DNA of 60,883 bases, taken from contig CAYSKV010000006.1 in the NCBI GenBank assembly GCA_964431805.1, positions 1 to 60,883 on the forward strand, read 5' to 3'. This stretch comes from an uncultured Gammaproteobacteria bacterium. Its GTDB lineage: Bacteria > Patescibacteriota > Patescibacteriia > Patescibacteriales > GWC2-42-12. The notes under the pieces were generated by a model. The model did no database searches. It saw only the letters and a list, made by a program, of their open reading frames with translations, and had not been told where the DNA came from. Shown here piece after piece: positions 1 through 8,269 of this stretch. Position numbers and translations under genes: made by a program. How positions within the stretch are numbered: the first letter of the stretch is position 1; every line of letters begins with the position of its first letter.

Positions 1-584
1 CCTAAATTTTTTACTTCTTTATTTTCATCGTCAGTAAATTTAAGTTCACGCGCGGCCCTACCGGCTTCAAGTTGCGTTTTTAATTTTTCCAATAAACCCT
101 TTAAAAAAATAGCTTCTTTATTGCCGCTTTTAGCTTCTCGCGCAACTTTATCTAATCTTTTATCAACCGTAGCTAAATCAGCAAAAATTAATTCTAAATT
201 AATTGTCTCCCGATCGCCTTCAGGATCAATCTTACCATTAACATGAATAATATTATCATCTTTAAATTCGCGCACTACTTCGCAGATAGCGTCGCATTCG
301 CGGATATGAGATAAAAATTGATTACCTAAACCTTCGCCTTTAGACGCGCCTTTAACTAAACCGGCAATATCTACAAATTCAATATAAGTCGGAATAATTT
401 TTTTTGGTTTTGAGATAGCCGCTAATTTTTCCAATCTTTCATCAGGAACTTTAACCACACCAACGTTAGGATCGATGGTGCAAAAAGGATAATTTGAAGC
501 TTCAACTTTTTTCTTAGTTAAAGCGTTAAACAAAGTGGATTTACCGACATTTGGCAAACCAACAATACCAATAGATAAAGACAT
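1..584 (-). CDS. ychF: Redox-regulated ATPase YchF (5' part; runs off window)
   Basis: Manual minus-strand translation from ATG at 584: [22 protein letters not shown]...[12 protein letters not shown]...[25 protein letters not shown], the diagnostic YchF motifs; not in ORF track. Confidence 0.97.
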   Translation of the reverse strand, partial: MSLSIGIVGLPNVGKSTLFNALTKKKVEASNYPFCTIDPNVGVVKVPDERLEKLAAISKPKKIIPTYIEFVDIAGLVKGASKGEGLGNQFLSHIRECDAICEVVREFKDDNIIHVNGKIDPEGDRETINLELIFADLATVDKRLDKVAREAKSGNKEAIFLKGLLEKLKTQLEAGRAARELKFTDDENKEVKNL

Positions 585-863
585 ATTTATAAATATTAAA
601 CTACTTCTTGAATTTAGCAGAGATTTAATAATTTTACAAATTTTTAAAATCCTTTATGATATAAACATGTCTAAGCTAAGGAGTTTTATTATTGTGAACA
701 AAGAAGACGAATTTTAAAATGGACAAACCAAGCCTCCTTGCGATGGCTTTGTTGAAAAATGCCAAGGTTGTCCTGGCCCTTATCCAGAGACAACCATGCA
801 GGAAGATATAAAGCAAAAATAACTTTTTGCTCCATAAACTACAGATTAACCAGGAGGAGGTCT

Positions 864-950
864 ATGGCAAGAAATGGTCATGACAAAAATCTGAATCAAA
901 AAAACGTCATCACAAAAAAAGGAAGCAAAGAAAATAACATTCTGCAATAA
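864..950 (+). CDS. Small basic ORF, 28 aa (MARNGHDKNLNQKNVITKKGSKENNILQ)
   Basis: Strong SD AGGAGGAGG at 852-860 before ATG 864; terminator directly after the stop. Confidence 0.45.
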   Translation: MARNGHDKNLNQKNVITKKGSKENNILQ

Positions 951-978
951 CCGCTTACTTATTCGTAAGCGGTTTTTT
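951..978 (+). terminator. Intrinsic terminator
   Basis: CCGCTTAC-ttattc-GTAAGCGG followed by a T run. Confidence 0.75.
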
Positions 979-1229
979 TATAAAATAAAAACAGAGCTAT
1001 AAGCTCTGTTTTCTAAACTGCGGGCTACTCGGGTTAAGTGCCCCCGGTATGTAATGTTTACAAGGGTTTTTGAAACTAGTTTTGAGGATTGATTTTAGGT
1101 GTTCGGGTCGGGGTCTTATAATAGTAAATGAGACAAATGAGACACTAAAAGGTGGTTTTGGAACTGTCTCATTTATTATCGTTCAATAGATAAATAGACT
1201 AGAATTATTTGATAAAAATTTATTTACTA

Positions 1230-1258
1230 TTGACATATCATTAAAAATGTAGTATATT
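1230..1258 (+). promoter_or_regulatory. Sigma70 promoter for ORF 1317
   Basis: TTGACA-17 nt-TATATT. Confidence 0.7.
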
Positions 1259-1316
1259 GAAAAATCTTATTTTAAGATAAATCGAACATTAAACATAGCT
1301 TATAAGGAGGAGCAAA

Positions 1317-1904
1317 ATGTTAAAAGAAACAAAATATCGATGTTGGGGTTATCCGTTTCCAGGCTGTCCGGAATTTCACAAAGTTGTATATGCCATTATC
1401 GGAAATGTTTGCTATTTTTCCGGCACCGAAAGAGGCACAAGCACTATCAATGCGGCTGAAAGTATTATCAAAGAAATTTGTACACAAGAAAATGTGCCTA
1501 TTAAAAATCTTCGTTTTGTTGATATCCAAACTCATCTTGGATATAGAAAACCATCCGGGGTATATATGGTTAATGAATTAACCATCAAACTCAGACCTGG
1601 AACAAAACGAAAAGGCGGAATCGAGCAAATTGAAATTGGCGGTGAGAAGGGCCTTTTGATTACCGGCGACCAAGAAGGATTTGAGGTAACATCGTGGGCA
1701 AAAACACCATTTCCAGTTGATGTTCTCGAACTTTTCCGCCCCTACATTGGCGAGCCTAATGAAAAGGTAGAATGTACAGTTTGCGACTGGGAGGGTATTT
1801 TCTCCGATGGAAAAATTGAATTAAGTAATACTATGTCCAGATGCGCCTGTCCTAAGTGTGGTTTTACTCTGGTTCACTGGCCACAAGGATTCGTGATTCA
1901 ATAA
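1317..1904 (+). CDS. Hypothetical protein with C-terminal CxxC...CxxC zinc ribbon
   Basis: CTVC...CPKC motifs; SD AGGAGGAG; promoter upstream and hairpin terminator at ~1925-1957. Confidence 0.75.
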   Translation: MLKETKYRCWGYPFPGCPEFHKVVYAIIGNVCYFSGTERGTSTINAAESIIKEICTQENVPIKNLRFVDIQTHLGYRKPSGVYMVNELTIKLRPGTKRKGGIEQIEIGGEKGLLITGDQEGFEVTSWAKTPFPVDVLELFRPYIGEPNEKVECTVCDWEGIFSDGKIELSNTMSRCACPKCGFTLVHWPQGFVIQ

Positions 1905-2470
1905 TTCCAAATTTTTGATTTACCAAACCCTGCTTAAGCTATAAGCGGGGTTTTTTATTTACCATTTTAGATAGCGACATATTATTTGGCATTATAATAA
2001 TCACCCAGCCAAAAAGATACCCTTGCCTACCTTTAGATTACGTTAAATTTTTTTTATTCTGAATGGAAAATTTGCATTTTATATAACAAATCATTGACTT
2101 TTTCAGATAAGGTGCTATTATATAAGTAGATACATTAAAAATTAATCAACTGCCTCTCGGGGAGAGATCTGCGAGGGGAAAATACCAGGATTATTAGATG
2201 CTTATTCTATATAAGGGAAACGATTGAAATTTGCAACTAATAGTTAACATGCCGTAACTGGTATTTTGAAACGAAAGTCTGAATTATTGAAATTGCTCAT
2301 CGGCTCTCTTGCTGCCGTTAAACAGCTCGTAGGGCGAAATCAATATTCAGTCGTCTGCGCAGTTTCCAAAATCACTTATTTATTTAAGTGTTTTTGGAAT
2401 TTGCTCAGACAGCAAAATCAAGAACGCTTAAATAGCGTTCTTTTTTATTTATAAATTTAATTACAACAGT

Positions 2471-3805
2471 ATGACAACTAAAAACAAGCTTAATATCGTT
2501 TATGTTCCGATTAACTCCTTACGACCCTCAGAATACAATCCGCGCCAATGGGATAATGAGGCAAAAAAGCAATTAAAACAAAGCCTTAGTCGATTCGGAT
2601 TAATTGATCCGTTGCTGGTTAATTCTGCCAAAGGCCGGGAGGGTGTGGTTATCGGCGGACATTTTCGCCTGGCCATAGCTAAAGAGCTGGGATATACGGA
2701 AGTGCCGGCGGTCTATCTCTGTATTGACGATCTGGAAAAAGAAAAAGAGTTGAATCTCCGACTTAATAAAAATTTGGGAGAATTCGATTGGGCTATGCTG
2801 GCTGGTTTTGGCAATTCCCTACTTTCCGACATCGGATTTTCCAGCGAAGAACTAGATAATGTTTTTGGCATTGACGAAAGCCCGGAAATATTTGATTTGG
2901 CTAAAGAGCTAAAAAAATTAAATATTAATAAGATTGAAATTAAAAAAGGAGATATCTGGCAATTAGGAAATAATCGCTTGATGTGCGGCGACTCGACAGT
3001 TGAGGCTGAGATGCTCAAACTTATGGATGGCGTAAAAGCCGACATGTGCTGTACAGACCCACCCTACCTTTTAGATTATCTTAAGGGGAAAAAGAAAAAT
3101 GGCCAGGCGATCACGGGCTTTGGTTACAAGCGCGATCGGCGGTATTTAGAAACTGACGTGTTGCCACCCAACTTTACCGAAAGCTGGATGGCGAACATCT
3201 CTAAAATCGCTCAGCCTGATTTTTCCATTATCGTTTACGAAAACTGGAAAAATATAAGGACTATTTGGGGTGAAATGGAAAAATATTGGAAAGTAAAAAA
3301 TATGATAGTTTGGCATCTTCCTAATCGAGTCCAGGGATTCGCGGCCAAATATAAATTTTTCAACAAGCACGATATTGCCATGGTCGGACAATCGGGCAAC
3401 ATCAATTTTAACATCAAGCCCGAAGACGAGCTTCTGCAAAATGAATATGAAACCGCGCTTTACGCTACTAGCGGAAAACCGCAGTGGGAATCGTATAAAA
3501 AAGGAAAAAAATATTGTCCGACAGATTTCATTGAGTATAAATCAGCGGATAAAAAGAATTCCGGCCAAGGAGTTGTTTTCGGCACTAAACCTTTGGAAAT
3601 TTTAATTCCTTATATTAAAGTCCTAACAAAACGCGATGCGATTATCGTCGAACCATTCGGTGGAAGCGGATCAACATTAATTGCCGCCCAGAAAATGAAT
3701 CGACGCTGTTTTCTAATGGAAAAATCGCCGATCTATGCCGAGGTAATTAGAAAACGCTGGGAAAATTTAACCAACCTTAAAGCGAAAAAATATGAAGGCA
3801 AATAA
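2471..3805 (+). CDS. ParB/Srx N-terminal domain fused to an N4/N6 DNA methyltransferase
   Basis: LRPSEYNPRQW...VIGGHFRL (ParB-like); DPPY catalytic motif; EPFGGSGSTL SAM-binding motif in beta-class order. Confidence 0.92.
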   Translation: MTTKNKLNIVYVPINSLRPSEYNPRQWDNEAKKQLKQSLSRFGLIDPLLVNSAKGREGVVIGGHFRLAIAKELGYTEVPAVYLCIDDLEKEKELNLRLNKNLGEFDWAMLAGFGNSLLSDIGFSSEELDNVFGIDESPEIFDLAKELKKLNINKIEIKKGDIWQLGNNRLMCGDSTVEAEMLKLMDGVKADMCCTDPPYLLDYLKGKKKNGQAITGFGYKRDRRYLETDVLPPNFTESWMANISKIAQPDFSIIVYENWKNIRTIWGEMEKYWKVKNMIVWHLPNRVQGFAAKYKFFNKHDIAMVGQSGNINFNIKPEDELLQNEYETALYATSGKPQWESYKKGKKYCPTDFIEYKSADKKNSGQGVVFGTKPLEILIPYIKVLTKRDAIIVEPFGGSGSTLIAAQKMNRRCFLMEKSPIYAEVIRKRWENLTNLKAKKYEGK

Positions 3806-4208
3806 AGAAAAGCAAATGCTGCTTGAGCAGTTAAAAAAGACTCCGATTATCCAAATCGCCTGCGAAAAGATTGGTTTAAGCCGAGCTACCTATTATCGTT
3901 GGCGCCAGACTAATTCAAACTTTGCCAAAGCAGCTGACACCGCCATTATTGAAGGTTATTTACTAATTAACGACATGGCTGAATCTCAACTAATTTCAGC
4001 CGTTAGAGATAAAAATTTTTCAGCTATTGTTTATTGGCTTAAGCATCATCATCCGACTTATACTAATCGGCTAGAAATAATTTCCCGACTTCAACAATCG
4101 GAAGAATTAACGCCTGAGCAAACAGCGACAGTGCAAGAAGCTCTGCGCCGATCTTCTCTATTGATTGATCAAAAAGTCACGGATAATAAAAAATATGATA
4201 AAGAATAA
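3792..4208 (+). CDS. HTH protein in terminase-small-subunit position
   Basis: IACEKIGLSRATYYRW HTH followed by helical region; overlaps both neighbours. Confidence 0.75.
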   Translation: MKANKEKQMLLEQLKKTPIIQIACEKIGLSRATYYRWRQTNSNFAKAADTAIIEGYLLINDMAESQLISAVRDKNFSAIVYWLKHHHPTYTNRLEIISRLQQSEELTPEQTATVQEALRRSSLLIDQKVTDNKKYDKE

Positions 4209-5217
4209 ATTATTAACAGATCAAAAATTAATGGACAGAATTGCTCAAGATAAAAAGGTTCGCGCCGCTATCAGTCGAGAAAATCATCTTTGGTTCTTTA
4301 ATATTTATTTCCCTCACTATTCCTTTTATCCTCCGGCCTTGTTCCATCGGGAAATGTTCGAGCTTACGCAGAGAGACGATCTTCGGCTTCTTACCATCAT
4401 GGCTTTCCGCGGTTCAGGCAAATCAACGATTATGAATCTGTCTTATGCGCTATGGTCAGTCTTGGGGAAATTTCAAAAGAAATTTCTAGTTATTGCCAGT
4501 CAAACTCAGAATCAAGCCGAAGGACATTTTTCCAGCATCATTAATGAGTTAAAGAATAATGACCGCTTAAGAGCCGACCTCGGACCCTTCGAGGTCGGCC
4601 AAGATCCTTATTCCGTGCTACTCAAAAATTTCAATGCCAAAATAATGTTCATCTACAATGGGCAAAGTATCCGGGGTATGCGCCATGGTCAGCATAGAAT
4701 AGGTTTGATTATCTTGGACGATATTGAAGACAGCTGGTCAATCCAATTCGAGCGAAACCGAAATGCCACGTATAAATGGTTTGAAACCGAGGTCATGCCG
4801 GCCGGAGATTCTAGCACTACGATTGTAATTCTGGGAAACTTATTAGACGAGGATTCTTTCATTATGCGTATCAGAGAAAATATTAAGAGTGGAAAAATGC
4901 CTGGCATATTTAGAGCCTATCCCTTACTTGATGATTTAGATCAGATTCTCTGGCCGGAAAAATTCACAAAAGAAGACGTTGAACAACTTAAGAAAAGCAT
5001 CGTAGACGAAACAGTTTGGGAAAAAGAATATCTTTTAAAGATTTATAAGGAGATTACCTGTATTGGTGAATTGCTTGATGAGTCCGGACAAAACCCTGCG
5101 GACAAAAAAAACAGCCGAAGCAAAACGGCTGTTCATTTAGGAAAATATGTGATCAGCGCACCGACTATAGAGTTATCAAACAGAGAACTAGCAAGAATAC
5201 TTAGCAAATTCAACTAA
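4165..5217 (+). CDS. Terminase large subunit-like ATPase, without C-terminal nuclease (start possibly 4192)
   Basis: Walker A AFRGSGKST, Walker B IILDDIED, IRGMRH and LGNLL motifs; ORF ends shortly after LWPEK...EYL. Confidence 0.8.
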   Translation: MIKKSRIIKNMIKNKLLTDQKLMDRIAQDKKVRAAISRENHLWFFNIYFPHYSFYPPALFHREMFELTQRDDLRLLTIMAFRGSGKSTIMNLSYALWSVLGKFQKKFLVIASQTQNQAEGHFSSIINELKNNDRLRADLGPFEVGQDPYSVLLKNFNAKIMFIYNGQSIRGMRHGQHRIGLIILDDIEDSWSIQFERNRNATYKWFETEVMPAGDSSTTIVILGNLLDEDSFIMRIRENIKSGKMPGIFRAYPLLDDLDQILWPEKFTKEDVEQLKKSIVDETVWEKEYLLKIYKEITCIGELLDESGQNPADKKNSRSKTAVHLGKYVISAPTIELSNRELARILSKFN

Positions 5218-5315
5218 ATTTTGGTCAAACAAATAGGCTAAGTTTATTTTAGCCTTTTTGTCGTACCTTATAAACAGAGGTTATGATTCTTTTAGGCGAT
5301 ATACTCCTTGTTATT

Positions 5316-5717
5316 TTATATACTAAATTGAAATTTCCAGATATTAAATTTTATAGGATTAGTTGGCTTATTAAAAATTAATACTGCTGAAATTATTAAA
5401 ATATATAATAACCCCCAAAAGCAATCGAAAAATAACCTTTGTATAATCTCAATCGAATTGTTGCCGTATAGTTGTAGAACATGAACGTTGATTGGCAAAT
5501 AATAGAGAAAGTTGTAAACAAAATATAATAAAATAAAATACAAAATAATTCTTAAATATTTTCCGAATTTATGATTTTTATTATTATAGAAAATATATAA
5601 AGCAGACAAAAGCAAAATACTAAATAAATAAAAAATAAGTAAATTACCTAGAAAAAACAGATAGAGATAAAAAATGAATAGCAGGAAGCAGATTTGAATA
5701 GTTTGTTTTTTTAGCAT
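5316..5717 (-). CDS. Hypothetical membrane protein
   Basis: About four hydrophobic segments. Confidence 0.6.
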   Translation of the reverse strand: MLKKQTIQICFLLFIFYLYLFFLGNLLIFYLFSILLLSALYIFYNNKNHKFGKYLRIILYFILLYFVYNFLYYLPINVHVLQLYGNNSIEIIQRLFFDCFWGLLYILIISAVLIFNKPTNPIKFNIWKFQFSI

Positions 5718-5775
5718 AAATTTTTATTAAATAATTATAATTATTTTTTAGTCTTGATTTCGTCCATATAGTTAC

Positions 5776-6624
5776 TTATTTCCAAAATTTAAATTTCTTG
5801 AAAAAGTTTGTTATTTTCTGAAAAAAGTTGTTTATTTTATTGAAAAAACTTTGATTATTTTTCTGTTGTGGAATGGTAGAGCTTCCATTTATTAAAGTGT
5901 CTTTCTCTGTTTGTATCTCCAGAGATGATGTGGCAATAACTGGGGAGGAGGTAGCGACAATAACAGGTGAAGAAGATGGCACGGTTGTTGAGGCCGTGTT
6001 TTTCATTTCTTCAACTTTGGATTTTATATTAGTCGCACTTACAACTTTTTTAGATTGAATCGCCGAAATAGGTTGCGAAACTTCATCGGCTTCATTTTTA
6101 ATTGCTTCAGAAATTTTATCTAACGCGGACAAATATGATTTTGCTTCTTCGATGCGTAATGAATAACATTCCAAGGTGGGCGAATAAATTCCTAACAATT
6201 TAAGCCGATCATTGTTGTCTTGAACTTCTATTATTGATTGATTTAATGAGTTTAAAGAATTCTTTGTTTTTACAATTTCTGAATTTAAAAGTTCTTTTGT
6301 TGAAATTAATAAACTTGTATCAATTTTTCCGGTGTCAACATAGGCGATAACTACAAAATAGGCTAAATTACTTGCTTGGCTAATTGGACAAGCATTTGAT
6401 TTTTTACATTCATCGGTGTTACTAAAACTAACCAAACTATCTCGCCAGCCGTCATTGCAAATTGCGCTTCCGTCATAATCCGCGCCAGCGTTGCAATTTA
6501 CACCGAGATGATAAGAACACGCGCCGGAAGTGGCATAAACAGTTATTGGAACTATAAATAAAAAAGCTGCTAATAATATTAAATTGTAGCTAAATATTTT
6601 TTCCATAACTTTGTTTGTTTCCAC
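5776..6624 (-). CDS. Secreted protein with Cys-rich N-terminal module, coiled coil and amphipathic C-terminus
   Basis: Signal peptide; SGACSYHLGVNC...ICNDGW; S/T-rich linker; FFNKINNFFQKITNFFKKF tail. Confidence 0.75.
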   Translation of the reverse strand: METNKVMEKIFSYNLILLAAFLFIVPITVYATSGACSYHLGVNCNAGADYDGSAICNDGWRDSLVSFSNTDECKKSNACPISQASNLAYFVVIAYVDTGKIDTSLLISTKELLNSEIVKTKNSLNSLNQSIIEVQDNNDRLKLLGIYSPTLECYSLRIEEAKSYLSALDKISEAIKNEADEVSQPISAIQSKKVVSATNIKSKVEEMKNTASTTVPSSSPVIVATSSPVIATSSLEIQTEKDTLINGSSTIPQQKNNQSFFNKINNFFQKITNFFKKFKFWK

Positions 6625-6808
6625 TACAGTAAACGTCGTTATGTGAAATTAATTATAAATTTTTACTGTTTAGCACTTAAAATATAGCTTAAAACAAACC
6701 GGAAGTAAAGCTAAAGTTACCTACAGTTTATCTACTTTAGGGGGTCTGGACGCCCCGAGAACCTAGCGTCATCAATGTGGTTATAAGTAATAAATAAAGG
6801 AAAAAATT

Positions 6809-8170
6809 ATGAAACAAGACACCACCACATTGATGCCCCAAACAACAACCTTGAGGCAAAATCGAGGGACCCCGGAGATAATCGGGGTGCCTTCCATTAA
6901 CTATGTCCTTTACGCGAGAAAATCAACCGAATCGGAGGAACGACAAGTCCTTTCCATTGATTCACAAGTTAAGGAGATGCTTCAACTTGCCGAAAGAGAA
7001 AATTTGAATGTAGCCGAGATTAGAAGAGAATCTCATTCAGCTAAGGATACCGGCCAGAGAAAAGTTTTTAATGAAATTGTAAACGATATTCGAAAAGGAT
7101 TATTCAATGGAATCTTAACCTGGGCGCCAGACCGAATCGCCAGGAATGCCGGCGACCTCGGAGCCATAGTGGATTTGATGGACCAAAAACTATTATTAGA
7201 AATTAGAACATATGGACAAAAATTTTCTAATAACCCAAATGAAAAATTTCTGCTCATGATTTTAGGATCACAGGCCAAGCTGGAAAATGATAATCGTGGC
7301 GTTAACGTAAAGCGAGGTCTTCGAGCTAGGGTGGAAATGGGATTCTGGCCGACGCTGGCCCCAATCGGATATATGAATCAGAATCGTATGGATAAAAAAG
7401 GACAGGTTTTACCGGATCCTGTCCGCGCGCCAATTATTAAACAAATATTTGAAAAAGTTGCTTATGAAAAAGCCAGCGGTAGAAAAATATACCACTGGTT
7501 AAGATATGATCTAAATTTCCATACCAGAGGTAATAAGACTCTGAGCTTAAGCGGAATTTTTAGACTCTTAGATAGTACCTTCTATTATGGTACTTTTGAA
7601 TACCCAAAAGATAGCGGCAATTTTTATCAGGGCATACATAAACCGTTGATCACAAAAGAACTGTTTGAAAAAGCGCAAACACAGATAAAGCGAGATCAGA
7701 TAGTTAAGGGCTGTAAAGAATTCGCCTTCACTAAACTTATAACCTGCGGTTTATGTGGCTCCACTATTAGTGGAGAAGAAAAATACAAAACGCTAAAAGA
7801 CGGAACCGCGGTTAAATATGTCTATTACGGTTGTTGCCGGGCCAAAGATAAATGGTGCAAAAATAAATACATCCAGGAAAAGGATTTAATTAATGAACTA
7901 ATAAAAATAATAGATGAAGTTGATTTAAACGAGCTAGGCGTAAAAGCCAAGTTCGAAGATGAAATTGAAAGATTTAATAAATTCCAAGGAGTGCTATTCG
8001 GCAAGGAGAAGTCGGATCTGAAAAAGAAAGAAGTCGATATCCGCACTTACGCTAAATATCTATTAAAAGAAGGGAGTATTGTTGAAAAGCGGGAGTTGCT
8101 GGGTAATTTAAGAAGTAGATTAGTTTATATGGATATGAGTATAAAATTATCAAACGATAAGAGTATATAA
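6809..8170 (+). CDS. Large serine recombinase (resolvase + recombinase + Zn-ribbon domains)
   Basis: YARKSTE catalytic Ser motif, DRIARN, APIGY, CGLCG...YYGC. Confidence 0.95.
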   Translation: MKQDTTTLMPQTTTLRQNRGTPEIIGVPSINYVLYARKSTESEERQVLSIDSQVKEMLQLAERENLNVAEIRRESHSAKDTGQRKVFNEIVNDIRKGLFNGILTWAPDRIARNAGDLGAIVDLMDQKLLLEIRTYGQKFSNNPNEKFLLMILGSQAKLENDNRGVNVKRGLRARVEMGFWPTLAPIGYMNQNRMDKKGQVLPDPVRAPIIKQIFEKVAYEKASGRKIYHWLRYDLNFHTRGNKTLSLSGIFRLLDSTFYYGTFEYPKDSGNFYQGIHKPLITKELFEKAQTQIKRDQIVKGCKEFAFTKLITCGLCGSTISGEEKYKTLKDGTAVKYVYYGCCRAKDKWCKNKYIQEKDLINELIKIIDEVDLNELGVKAKFEDEIERFNKFQGVLFGKEKSDLKKKEVDIRTYAKYLLKEGSIVEKRELLGNLRSRLVYMDMSIKLSNDKSI

Positions 8171-8227
8171 TATTTGGCTAATAATAAACATTTTATATTA
8201 TTTTAACCTATGAAAACCTATGAACAC

Positions 8228-8256
8228 TTGACATTATTTTTAGAGCATGATAGACT
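8228..8256 (+). promoter_or_regulatory. Sigma70 promoter of the R-M/CBASS operon
   Basis: TTGACA-17 nt-TAGACT with TGn extended -10; lies inside the first 20 codons of the track ORF, so the real start is probably ATG 8270. Confidence 0.7.
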
Positions 8257-8269
8257 GATATTAAACTAT

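Noticed and set aside
2471-8170. Intact prophage
   Set aside because: No portal, capsid, tail, lysis or replication genes seen
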